Shown: positions 35,252-43,323 of the stretch, piece after piece
Numbering within the stretch: position 1 is the first letter of the stretch
Layout: the number at the start of each line of letters is the position of its first letter
Assembly: GCA_041675385.1 (NCBI GenBank)
Contig: JBAYTY010000009.1
Span: forward strand, 14,237 to 78,236
DNA: 64,000 nucleotides
Reading direction: 5' to 3'
Source of the DNA: Candidatus Obscuribacterales bacterium
GTDB lineage: Bacteria > Cyanobacteriota > Vampirovibrionia > Obscuribacterales > Obscuribacteraceae
Program-made: the position numbers and the translations under genes
The notes under the pieces: generated by a model
The model's database searches: none
Seen by the model: the letters and a program-made list of their open reading frames with translations, nothing else
What the model was told of the DNA's origin: nothing

Positions 35252-35548
35252 TCAGTTTTCGCTTGGTGCGACTGAATAACCATCGATGCAGACTTCCTCG
35301 ATGGGTACAGCCATTTCTTTTGCTAGGCGCTCCCGTAGGATTGCTTTTGCTTGCTCGATTGCTTGGTCGATCAGCTCTTCTTCTTCGGTTTTGCTGCTCA
35401 TCAAGTCTAGATCGGTTGTAACATTCATGGTGGCACGACCTTGGCTCTCACCAATGTGGTAGACGATTGTGATTCTAAATTTGAAAGTAGATACTGCGGT
35501 GTTGATTGCAGGTTGAAAAACTGGTGAAATCTGTGTTGCTTCTTGCAT
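35252..35548 (-). CDS. Hypothetical 98-aa protein
   Basis: ORF within the co-directional cluster. It has an acidic helical C-terminal half. Confidence 0.5.
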   Translation of the reverse strand: MQEATQISPVFQPAINTAVSTFKFRITIVYHIGESQGRATMNVTTDLDLMSSKTEEEELIDQAIEQAKAILRERLAKEMAVPIEEVCIDGYSVAPSEN

Positions 35549-35590
35549 GATGTCTCCTCCAACAAGAAAGGTTTTAGTTGTGTCCGATCA

Positions 35591-36088
35591 TTAGTCGATT
35601 AGAGTCAAGCGCGGATCGATCGGGAACCGCTCCCAGACCGTAACGTTGTCGATTTCGCTGCTGTTGGTATTGCAGGCGCCTTTCACCACTTCGATTGCTT
35701 CTAGTGCCGGGTCGTTGGCCTTAAGCAGTCCTTTGACTGTATCCAGTACGCACAGATCTGTATTCACACCGCAGACGCGAAAGCGGTTGATCGGAAAGTG
35801 CTTCCAGTCGCAGGTATTAAACACAATGCGTGAGCCATCCTGGAAGAGCTTTTCAGCCTCTTGCCAATGATCGCGCGGGTAATCTTTCACTTCCTCAAGA
35901 ATCTCGGGGTAAGTTGGTTTGAAAGGCGATTCCTGCAATGGGCTGAGATACGGGACCGTAAGAAAAATAATGTGATTGTTCTGCTCACGGGCGCGGCTGA
36001 CTTCACGCGCGACATTGCTTATAGTGGCTGCATCCGTCGTATAGAACGGCTGCATGTCCACTACGACTAGGGTATATTGATCAAACAT
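35591..36088 (-). CDS. Isochorismatase-family cysteine hydrolase
   Basis: LVVVDMQ carries the catalytic Asp and VCGVNTDLCVLDTV carries the nucleophile Cys. A GGAGG SD lies 6 nt before the ATG at 36088. Confidence 0.8.
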   Translation of the reverse strand: MFDQYTLVVVDMQPFYTTDAATISNVAREVSRAREQNNHIIFLTVPYLSPLQESPFKPTYPEILEEVKDYPRDHWQEAEKLFQDGSRIVFNTCDWKHFPINRFRVCGVNTDLCVLDTVKGLLKANDPALEAIEVVKGACNTNSSEIDNVTVWERFPIDPRLTLID

Positions 36089-36225
36089 GACAGCCTCCAT
36101 TCCGGGGGCGCTGTGAGCGTCCCCGAAGTTGTTTGTTTGCTTGCTTAAGTAATAGAAAGACGGCAGCTACGGTAACCAGAGTGGCTACTTGCTATTGAGC
36201 CTGGCGCAAAGCCTGAGGAAGGCGT

Positions 36226-37257
36226 TTATTGGTCGTAAAAGAACAAGTCGGATATTGTTCGTCTTTGATACTCATAAGGACGATTTAAAAACGATGCTGG
36301 GGGCTTGATGCCCAACTCATATAGGACGCCGACTAGGTCATTCTCCAGCACTATTAGTTTGTCGCCGCGAAAGCCGAGGGCTTGTGCACAGGCGCGCAGA
36401 TACATGTTTCCTTCAGCCAGTTCTCGAGCGAGTGCGTCGCCTGTGACTGTTAGTGGGCCTTCATTGAGAAACTGAAAGAGATGCGCTACTTCTTCAAAGT
36501 AGATTAGTGTCCTTGCTCTGCCTGAAAGCAAAACTGTGTCTGCTGGCAAAAATAGTCTCAACTGAACGGGTACTGTTACCGACTGGCCTTGATATAGGCT
36601 GGCAATTATTTGCTGGTCACAAATGTACTGAAGATTCTGCACCAATGCCGCAGAGATAAACACCATGCAACGTTGCTCGATGGTCAGCTGCTGGGTTGGC
36701 GGTGCCGTAAGAAGTGATGCCATCTGTGGCAGTGCAAGCATACTTTGGGCGAAGGAAGTTATAAGAGCTTCCATTCTGTTGCTGCCCTCTGTGTTTGTGA
36801 TAGAAGAAGCGTTGCTACCTGAAAGCGAGCGTAATCCAGCAGCTGTGTTCAAGTCGACTGTAGCGCCCATCCACTCGAAATTTGAATTGAGTGGGAGATC
36901 CTGCAAGTGATAGAAGGCAGACGTTGTCTTGATTGGGCTGCGATCAACAAGGATGCCAGCTTCTTGCAGTTCTGGCACAAGTACATCGTCAAATACTTGG
37001 TTGGCTCGGGCAAAGGCCGCACGCCGCTCGGGCTTTGCCGCCAGGTTAGCTTGTTTGAAGAGTGTCAAAAAGCGGCAATAGCTACTGTGCAGTTTTTGGA
37101 ATGTCTGTTTCGATACCTGCAGTTCGCTGACAATGTGACCGGCAAAAGGCAGATTTTCAGTGGTAAGCACCACGCGTTCTTCAGCCAACAGTCTTTTGAA
37201 GCTGCCGAAGGAGAGTGCTGTTAGAGTTAAATCACCACCCGTTTTGTTCGATCTCAT
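36226..37257 (-). CDS. Hypothetical 343-aa protein
   Basis: An AAGGAG SD is present, and the gene is tightly coupled (14-nt gap) to the upstream 67-aa gene. No family was recognised. Confidence 0.7.
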   Translation of the reverse strand: MRSNKTGGDLTLTALSFGSFKRLLAEERVVLTTENLPFAGHIVSELQVSKQTFQKLHSSYCRFLTLFKQANLAAKPERRAAFARANQVFDDVLVPELQEAGILVDRSPIKTTSAFYHLQDLPLNSNFEWMGATVDLNTAAGLRSLSGSNASSITNTEGSNRMEALITSFAQSMLALPQMASLLTAPPTQQLTIEQRCMVFISAALVQNLQYICDQQIIASLYQGQSVTVPVQLRLFLPADTVLLSGRARTLIYFEEVAHLFQFLNEGPLTVTGDALARELAEGNMYLRACAQALGFRGDKLIVLENDLVGVLYELGIKPPASFLNRPYEYQRRTISDLFFYDQ

Positions 37258-37271
37258 GGTGTGTCTCCTTT

Positions 37272-37475
37272 TTACTTAACGCCAATGCGCATGATGCAGC
37301 TACCAGACGAAGAGCGGATTGAGTACATCCCATCCTTACTCTCTGGTACGATCTCAGCTTTGATGCCGTTGTCTGAGCAGCAGGCTAGCACCAGCTTTTC
37401 GGGCACTTTTTGTTCTGCTGCTATTGTTTCGGCCAACTCTTCGCGCAGTGTTGTGTGAGCATCATTAGTTTTCAT
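37272..37475 (-). CDS. Hypothetical 67-aa protein
   Basis: AAAGGAGAAG precedes the ATG at 37475 (MKTNDAHTTL..). The longer track ORF would overlap cdd. Confidence 0.6.
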   Translation of the reverse strand: MKTNDAHTTLREELAETIAAEQKVPEKLVLACCSDNGIKAEIVPESKDGMYSIRSSSGSCIMRIGVK

Positions 37476-37491
37476 AACTTCTCCTTTCGCT

Positions 37492-38376
37492 CTACAGACC
37501 TTCCGGTCCAAATGAGTCAGGCAGTAGCTCATCGAGAGTGCTTGCTACTACCGATTTGTCTGGTCGTACCAGAAAGATTGCAACGTCCGCACCAAACTCG
37601 CGTAGCACCTGCAGGCATTCGCCTTCGATGGGGTTGATGGCTGGTGTGAGGGGAGCATCAACGGTGGTCCAGAGCGTGACGTTGTGACTGTAGCCCGCAG
37701 TACGAGCGCTGCGCATGGCCACACATTCGGCCAGGGCTGATCCGCCGTATGAAGCGTTGTCATCTGAGACACCGCCGAATATGCGCTCTTTGCCCTTGTC
37801 GTTAGAAGCGATGAACAACGCTGCTCGTGGACTTTTTGAGTAGGGTACGTGCGACCGGCCCTTGAGCGATAACAGCCGTTTAACGAGTTTTTGCTCGAAT
37901 GGAGCCAGGTTATTGTAGTTAATGGCAGTTGCTTTAGGGGACGGCAAAAGATCGCCAACAAGAGCCTTGCGGACGCTGCTGTTAAGGTTCACGATGTTGA
38001 GTAGCTTAGCGTCACGACCAAACTGCACCATCACCTGGCGGCACAGACCGCAGGGAGATCCGCCCGGGTGTTTACGGCACAGCACTGAGACGATTTCAAA
38101 GTGCGTGTATCCCTGCAGGGCAGCCGTGGTGGCAGCATTGCGTTCGGCGCAAATGGTTGCGGGATAGAAATTGTTCTCGACGTTGCAGCCGGTGAACAGT
38201 TTGCGCTCGCCTTGGTCGTTGCTAGCGTAGATGCCGGCACCGACGGGAAAGTCGGAGTTAAAGCAGAGGTGATACTTATCGGAGTTGTGGGCTCCGGACC
38301 AGGCGGCTGTTACAACCATCTTTTCGTCCATTGTCAGGTCCATGAAGTTGGTAAAAGCACCTAATGGTTTGCTCAT
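37492..38376 (-). CDS. cdd: Cytidine deaminase, two-domain (E. coli Cdd-like) type
   Basis: 294 aa. The zinc motifs CAERNA and PCGLCRQV are in the first domain, and the second domain is degenerate. An AGGAGA SD is present. Confidence 0.85.
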   Translation of the reverse strand: MSKPLGAFTNFMDLTMDEKMVVTAAWSGAHNSDKYHLCFNSDFPVGAGIYASNDQGERKLFTGCNVENNFYPATICAERNAATTAALQGYTHFEIVSVLCRKHPGGSPCGLCRQVMVQFGRDAKLLNIVNLNSSVRKALVGDLLPSPKATAINYNNLAPFEQKLVKRLLSLKGRSHVPYSKSPRAALFIASNDKGKERIFGGVSDDNASYGGSALAECVAMRSARTAGYSHNVTLWTTVDAPLTPAINPIEGECLQVLREFGADVAIFLVRPDKSVVASTLDELLPDSFGPEGL

Positions 38377-38460
38377 TTTTTAGTCTCCTATTCTAGGTGT
38401 GTCAGTACTGCCGATTTTTTACGTCGGCAGTGCTGACCATGTGCCTTTCGGCACAGAACC

Positions 38461-38688
38461 TTAGCAGCCGCAGGACCCACCGCAGGCGCAACCGCCCTTA
38501 GCTTCGCTGGCTTTCTCATCTTTGTCGGTACCGCAGGAGCCACCACAGCTACCGCCGCAGCCACCTTCCTTGCTCTCTTTGCCTTTCACCTCTTTGCCTG
38601 TGCCGCAGGAACCGCCGCATTTGCAGCCGCTGTTGCTGTCTTTTTTGTTGTCGTTGCTGTTGATGCTGCTGGTGTTTGATTTACACAT
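38461..38688 (-). CDS. Cys/Gly-rich 75-aa peptide (metallothionein-like composition)
   Basis: 11 Cys in 75 aa, arranged in three GGSCG-containing clusters (CKCGGSCG, GGCGGSCGGSCG, GGCACGGSCGC). The clusters are separated by Lys/Glu linkers. A GGAGAA SD is present. Confidence 0.65.
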   Translation of the reverse strand: MCKSNTSSINSNDNKKDSNSGCKCGGSCGTGKEVKGKESKEGGCGGSCGGSCGTDKDEKASEAKGGCACGGSCGC

Positions 38689-38769
38689 GGTGTTTATTCT
38701 CCATTTTTTTTGTAGCTTTTACAGAGCGCTAGATTTAGCCGATATGCTCTAGTTGATTGTCTGTAGTGC

Positions 38770-39084
38770 TCATGCTCTGCAAAAGCTGATTGGTTTCGGG
38801 TGTCGGCTGCGACGGCTTTTCATCGCTTCTTCTACGGCATCAGGCCAGGACCAACCGGTCTCCTTGAGGAAGGCGGCCATGAAGTCAGCGGAGCGAGTCA
38901 TAGAAGATTGGCGCGACATAGACACTGGATGCCTATGCTTTGGAAACAGCCGCGCTTCTCGGTTGTACTCATTGGTAACGGCAGCGGCATCGAAGTAACT
39001 CCAGGTGGTGCCCGGAATTAGGTCTAAGCCAGTGCTGCCTACTGCTAACGTTGAATTTATACTGTTGTTAGTTGTCGTTTTCAT
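38770..39084 (-). CDS. Hypothetical 104-aa protein
   Basis: ORF with an AAAGGA SD region. No family was recognised. Confidence 0.55.
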   Translation of the reverse strand: MKTTTNNSINSTLAVGSTGLDLIPGTTWSYFDAAAVTNEYNREARLFPKHRHPVSMSRQSSMTRSADFMAAFLKETGWSWPDAVEEAMKSRRSRHPKPISFCRA

Positions 39085-39124
39085 CTTGTTGGTATCCTTT
39101 CTTTGGTTTGATTTCGTTTCAGTT

Positions 39125-39203
39125 AGGCAAGGAATTTGCCCTTCTCTTTGAGTCTCGAAAAGTCATTTTCGGGGCTCAAAGAGCTGGGCCACCACTCGTG
39201 GTG
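39125..39203 (-). other. Structured 5' leader (nested hairpins) upstream of gene 38770..39084
   Basis: The minus strand shows a CACCAC-GA-GTGGTG hairpin. It is followed by CTCTTTGAG-CCCC-GAAAA-TGAC-TTTTC-GAGA-CTCAAAGAG (9-bp outer and 5-bp inner stems), then GGCAA-ATTCC-TTGCC. Confidence 0.45.
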
Positions 39204-39220
39204 ACATCGCTTTTAGTCCA

Positions 39221-39258
39221 ATAAAAACGTGGGACGGAGGTTGATTCCTCTCCGCCCC
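39221..39258 (-). terminator. Intrinsic terminator after folA
   Basis: The minus strand reads GGGGCGGAGAGGAATCAACCTCCGTCCC followed by ACGTTTTTATT. Confidence 0.6.
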
Positions 39259-39330
39259 AGGGGTCTTGTTTTTTACAGCCAAGCATGACGAAATCGGCTG
39301 GGCGACTTTTGTGCCGAGATACAGCCTTCA

Positions 39331-39963
39331 TTAGTTCGTTTCTTGTTTTGGCACGTAGACTTTATAGTAATAGTCGACGCTACCTTCGCTTTGCTTCTCT
39401 GAGCATTCCTGCAGAGTAAAGGCCTCACTAAAGTCAGGTAAGAACGTGTCACAGTCGAAATTTTGCAGGATCTCTGTTAAATAGAGCATGCCGCAGTTTT
39501 TATGGCCCATGGCCTGCGCAAAGACATCTGCTCCGCCAATCACAAAAACTCTTTCGACTGCTGCTGTGGCTAGATACGCGAGGGCGTGATCCAGATTGGA
39601 GAAGCGAGAAACTGTCGCTGGTAGCTGGTAGTTTGGGTTGCGCGTCAATACGATATTGTGCCGGTTCGGCAAGGGGCGGTACTTTTCAGGCAACGATTCC
39701 CATGTGCGCCTTCCCATGATCACAGCGTTTTGCAAAGCAGATTCTGATGTACAGCTGGTCAGTTCCCTAAAATGACTGATCTCGGCCTTCAGGTGCCAGG
39801 GAATACTGTTGGTTTTACCGATACCGCGCTGTTGATCGCAGGCGAATACGAGATCGAATCTGCACTGAAAGAGGTCTATTTTGATTTGATTGAACATTTC
39901 ACACCTCCAATCAAGAATGATTATGTGGGTTGGTTTCTGATCGGCCTGGACGTTCTCTGTCAT
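39331..39963 (-). CDS. folA: Dihydrofolate reductase
   Basis: GIGKTNSIPWHLKAEISHFRELT and VIMGRRTWESLPEKYRPLPNRHNIVLTR are DHFR signatures. The ATG at 39963 overlaps the S41 stop (ATGA). The alternative ATG at 39897 would give a family-typical N-terminus. Confidence 0.85.
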   Translation of the reverse strand: MTENVQADQKPTHIIILDWRCEMFNQIKIDLFQCRFDLVFACDQQRGIGKTNSIPWHLKAEISHFRELTSCTSESALQNAVIMGRRTWESLPEKYRPLPNRHNIVLTRNPNYQLPATVSRFSNLDHALAYLATAAVERVFVIGGADVFAQAMGHKNCGMLYLTEILQNFDCDTFLPDFSEAFTLQECSEKQSEGSVDYYYKVYVPKQETN

Positions 39964-41108
39964 TTGCCCCTGAGGGTTCTGCTCAGAGATGCTACTGCGG
40001 CGTCGATATAGCGATCGCTGCTGCGGTTTAGCCGGTCAATTGCTGCTTGAAGCTGTTTGTCATTACTGTCTCCCTTGTCTAAGGTGGACTCCACAGTGAT
40101 ATCAGGGATGATGCCTTGATTGGCTGCACCGCTGCCATCTCCCGGGCACAACCCTGCAGGTGTGAAAAATTGAAAGGTCGACAGACGTAGCTGTGCGTCG
40201 TTCCAGAGCGTGAGCAAATCTTGGCCTATTCCCTTGCCGTAGCTGCGGGTGCCAAGAATTGTCGCCGCACCATTGTCTTTGAGAGCACCAATCAAAAGTT
40301 CGGCGGACGACGCCGAGTCATGGTCTGCCAGTACGACAACGGGGCGATTGTTCGCCATGTAGCGCTTACGATTGGTAAGGCTAGTTCTTTGAGCGGATGG
40401 CTGACAGTTACAGGTTGTCTCCATGCTCAGATGAGTTGGGGTAAGCGAGTAGGAACAGTTGATGTAGTGCGGCGATGGCGTGCTGCCGCCGGAGCGCACG
40501 TTCATGCTGACGATTTTGCCCTCTCGCAAAAACACAGAAGCCACTTCCACGGCTTCCATCAAACTGCCACCCGGATTCTGTCGCAGATCAAGAATCAGAG
40601 CTTTGGCCTGCCAGAGCTTGGTCAGATGTTGAGTGACTTGGTCTGCTATACCTGTTGTTGTTGTTGTTGTTGTCTGGAAGTGCTTGAGTTGTAGGTAACC
40701 AATACCACTCTCTAAGAGCCGAGATTGCACTGCTGGTAGGAAGTGTCTAGCTTTTCTGAGCTTGACCTCTTCGCGTCCGTGCAGCCTCGAGTATGGGTCA
40801 TTTAATGAGGCAAGCATCTCGCCGATACGGTCATTGAGATCCTTTTCGTTTGAGATTTGGCCGCGAAACTTGTGTTGCCATTGCTCCCAATTGGTCTGTC
40901 GCGTGGCATCAAAGAATTGCTCCGAGGCAAATTCCCAGGCCTGTCTGTATAGAATCTGGTACAAGCTCCTGCGCAGCAGAAGGGGTAAAAGTAGAGCGCC
41001 TTTGAACAGTAAGTTCCAAAGGCGAGGGAATGAAAAGGGACTGTAGTTTCTCCTGAGACTATCCTGGAATAGGCAGCTCGGAGCATCAGTTTGATCTTGC
41101 TCGATCAT
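39960..41108 (-). CDS. S41-family (C-terminal processing / tail-specific) peptidase-like protein
   Basis: Family motifs are LILDLRQNPGGSL, DSASSAELLIGAL (Ser) and RSYGKGIGQ (Lys). A GGGAGG SD lies 7 nt before the ATG at 41108. Confidence 0.82.
   Translation of the reverse strand: MIEQDQTDAPSCLFQDSLRRNYSPFSFPRLWNLLFKGALLLPLLLRRSLYQILYRQAWEFASEQFFDATRQTNWEQWQHKFRGQISNEKDLNDRIGEMLASLNDPYSRLHGREEVKLRKARHFLPAVQSRLLESGIGYLQLKHFQTTTTTTTGIADQVTQHLTKLWQAKALILDLRQNPGGSLMEAVEVASVFLREGKIVSMNVRSGGSTPSPHYINCSYSLTPTHLSMETTCNCQPSAQRTSLTNRKRYMANNRPVVVLADHDSASSAELLIGALKDNGAATILGTRSYGKGIGQDLLTLWNDAQLRLSTFQFFTPAGLCPGDGSGAANQGIIPDITVESTLDKGDSNDKQLQAAIDRLNRSSDRYIDAAVASLSRTLRGK
40653..40673 (-). repeat. (TGT)7 trinucleotide repeat encoding a poly-Thr run in the S41 peptidase
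   Basis: tgttgttgttgttgttgttgt on the plus strand encodes the Thr run in FQTTTTTTTGI. Confidence 0.9.
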
Positions 41109-41195
41109 AAAAAACCTCCCCGCTGCAACGTCCAACCCATAGGCAAGGACGGCGCCGCCGAAAATTTCTATGCAAAACGAAATAGGGCAGCTGGA

Positions 41196-41915
41196 TTATG
41201 CTGCTCTGTTCATGTTCATGTTCATGTTCACGTTCAGGTCCATCGCCTCGACCGGTAGCTCTTGCCGATTCTCAACGGAGGCGAGGAAGGCCTCTATCCT
41301 CTGGATTAAGGAACGTACTTCCCCAAGTTTCTTTTCTGTTAGTTTGGGCGAGTACCAGAATTCTTGCGATGTTCCGCTACCCAAAAGCCTTACTATCAAC
41401 TTGATTGGCCGGGAAAGACCCTGGGCCAAACTAAGTACCATGGCAAAGAAATATAGTTGTTGCCGGTGTTTTGCTTTGAGAAATCTGGCGTTCTTGAGTT
41501 CGGTGATCTGCACTGTTGTTCCACCAAATCCGTCATCGACCTCGGCCATTTCGTCTGGCTTAGCCTTGAAGGTCCAACCAGACTCTTGGTCGAAATAGCT
41601 AATCAGCTTTTCTTTCCGTCTGTTTGCCAGTCCTTCAGTGGCCGCGAGAGCTTCGCCGTTGTTCACTCTTTCGCGAACAATTTCTTCCAGCTGTTCGCGA
41701 TCTTCTGCTTGTGCCAATTGCAGTTGCTCGGCGAGAACTGTCTCGCGCTCTTCTGGAGGAGCTGCGGCAACTGCATGCACGGTTTCACCTATGTGGTCAG
41801 AAAGAGTTTCTCCCCGTTGCCAACCACTGGTGATTCGGTCGAGATAGCCTTCCTTACATTCTAGAAAAGCTTGTATATCTGAAAAACTCAATGTCTTCCT
41901 GAAACGTGTTTTCAT
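41196..41915 (-). CDS. PD-(D/E)XK nuclease-like protein (Cas4/RecB-type motifs)
   Basis: An AAGGAGG SD precedes the ATG at 41915 (MKTRFRK..). The motif order is D..(ITELK)..QQLYFFAM, resembling D/ExK plus QxxxY of RecB-family nucleases. This assignment is an inference. Confidence 0.55.
   Translation of the reverse strand: MKTRFRKTLSFSDIQAFLECKEGYLDRITSGWQRGETLSDHIGETVHAVAAAPPEERETVLAEQLQLAQAEDREQLEEIVRERVNNGEALAATEGLANRRKEKLISYFDQESGWTFKAKPDEMAEVDDGFGGTTVQITELKNARFLKAKHRQQLYFFAMVLSLAQGLSRPIKLIVRLLGSGTSQEFWYSPKLTEKKLGEVRSLIQRIEAFLASVENRQELPVEAMDLNVNMNMNMNRAA
41208..41237 (-). repeat. Hexanucleotide (GTTCAT)n repeat at the 3' end of the nuclease-like gene
   Basis: Five units (the last two degenerate) encode the ..NVNMNMNMN tail. 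Confidence 0.85.
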
Positions 41916-42404
41916 GACCGGCCTCCTTGAATTTGTTAAAAACCAGAAAAGCGTCAAACAGAGGTTTGGCGTTTTTCTGGTTTTTTCAAGACTTCGATGT
42001 CTGGGTAGTTGCCGTGGCCGACCTTCATAAAAGGCAGGATTGTGGCGATAACGGTACTAAGAGGGCTAGTGAAGTTAGCGTCAATGGTAAAAGAGACCGC
42101 TAATTTTTGAGATTGTTCGGCACCTTGTCTGAGCAAGTTGGCAGTTGCAGCTAGTGAGTATCTGTAGGGTGTTCTTTGGGCTTTTCTTGAATTGAGGTGT
42201 AATGTGCATTTCTTTGAACCGTATCACTGCAAAGGGTTCTGCTCAAGGCTAAAAGGGTCACTGGCGCGGCATTTAATGACAACTAGCCTGGCGAGAGTGG
42301 TTGTACCGGGCTGTGCACGGGTGGCGTGAATTGCAAAACATAGGGGTGGTGCGACCCCTTTAACAACTATATGAATGAATAGATGCGGCGACTAAAAATT
42401 TAGC

Positions 42405-42448
42405 GGAGGAATTGATTTTTCCGGATTTTAACCGCAATCAATTCCTCC
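42405..42448 (-). terminator. Intrinsic terminator after gene 42476..43270
   Basis: A perfect 13-bp stem (GGAGGAATTGATT / AATCAATTCCTCC) with an 18-nt loop. On the minus strand it is followed by GCTAAATTTTT. Confidence 0.7.
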
Positions 42449-42475
42449 TACTACATTTCTGGGTCAGACTAGTAG

Positions 42476-43270
42476 CTAGTTCAGGCTGAATGCAAGCCAG
42501 GGCTCGTTTTTCCGCACAAGCTCGGCAATCAAACCACCGATGATTCCTGCGGCTGTTGTCTGAGCTGTGCGCCATTGTTCCTTGATTTCGTCTTTGACAA
42601 CTACGTTGCTGGAGAGAATTTCAGTGGCCAAGTTGCCTAAGGCTACGAGCAATGAAGAAGTGGCGAGGTCGCAGGAGTTTGAGCTAATCGAGGCAATGGT
42701 AAGAGGTTGCGAGTTTTCATGTTCTTGGGCATCTTTGGCAAATGCCTGGGCCATTGTTAGGCCAAGGCGGCAAATTTCTTTTAATCGCTTGTTTTGCCTG
42801 GTATTAGCCTCTTCTTCTATGGCGTGCAGATTGTCTGACTGGCCAGGCTGGTGAGCAGGGAGAGCTGATTTGCCGTCGGCTGTTAAAGCCAGCATTGAGG
42901 CCTTATACAGAGCCGATTGCGTGTGCTCGCGCATTTGATTCAATAGCGAGCCAATCTTGTTCAGGCCTTCGGTCATACCAAGGGTATGGGCAATGCGATA
43001 TTCCCATTGTTCAGCATCTGGCAGCTCTTGCATCTTTTGCATGTTGCTCTTGGCCCGGTCGATTTCGCGAACAATCAGATCTTCTAGCCGGTGCGCCGTC
43101 TGTATTAGCAACATGGCAATGTTGCTAAATGTGATTGCCCTTTTGACCGGTTCCTGCTGACTAGAGCTATAGGCTAATAGGGCTACTCCGAGTGCCGTAA
43201 ATTGTTCGCGGCGTAGGCGGCTTGCAGCCTCGCTCAGCTTAAGCTGGTTGAGGGCGTTATTTTCGTTCAT
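42476..43270 (-). CDS. Hypothetical alpha-helical protein (264 aa)
   Basis: The track ORF extends to 43414 and would overlap the upstream gene by 91 nt. The ATG at 43270 (MNENNALNQL) avoids the overlap. No family was recognised. Confidence 0.55.
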   Translation of the reverse strand: MNENNALNQLKLSEAASRLRREQFTALGVALLAYSSSQQEPVKRAITFSNIAMLLIQTAHRLEDLIVREIDRAKSNMQKMQELPDAEQWEYRIAHTLGMTEGLNKIGSLLNQMREHTQSALYKASMLALTADGKSALPAHQPGQSDNLHAIEEEANTRQNKRLKEICRLGLTMAQAFAKDAQEHENSQPLTIASISSNSCDLATSSLLVALGNLATEILSSNVVVKDEIKEQWRTAQTTAAGIIGGLIAELVRKNEPWLAFSLN

Positions 43271-43323
43271 GACTAGAAATTTGTGACGCTGGAAGCATGT
43301 GCCTCCAGCATCTGGTGATTGAA

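Noticed and set aside
37548-38364. Nested ORFs inside cdd (37548..37961, 37922..38167, 38031..38240, 38101..38364)
   Set aside because: They are alternative-frame ORFs within a gene that has clear zinc-deaminase motifs.
34507-41915. The co-directional cluster as a prophage fragment (DHFR, deaminase, nuclease, protease)
   Set aside because: No capsid, portal, terminase, tail, integrase or repressor genes are present. The deaminase is the two-domain cellular Cdd type rather than a phage dCMP deaminase.
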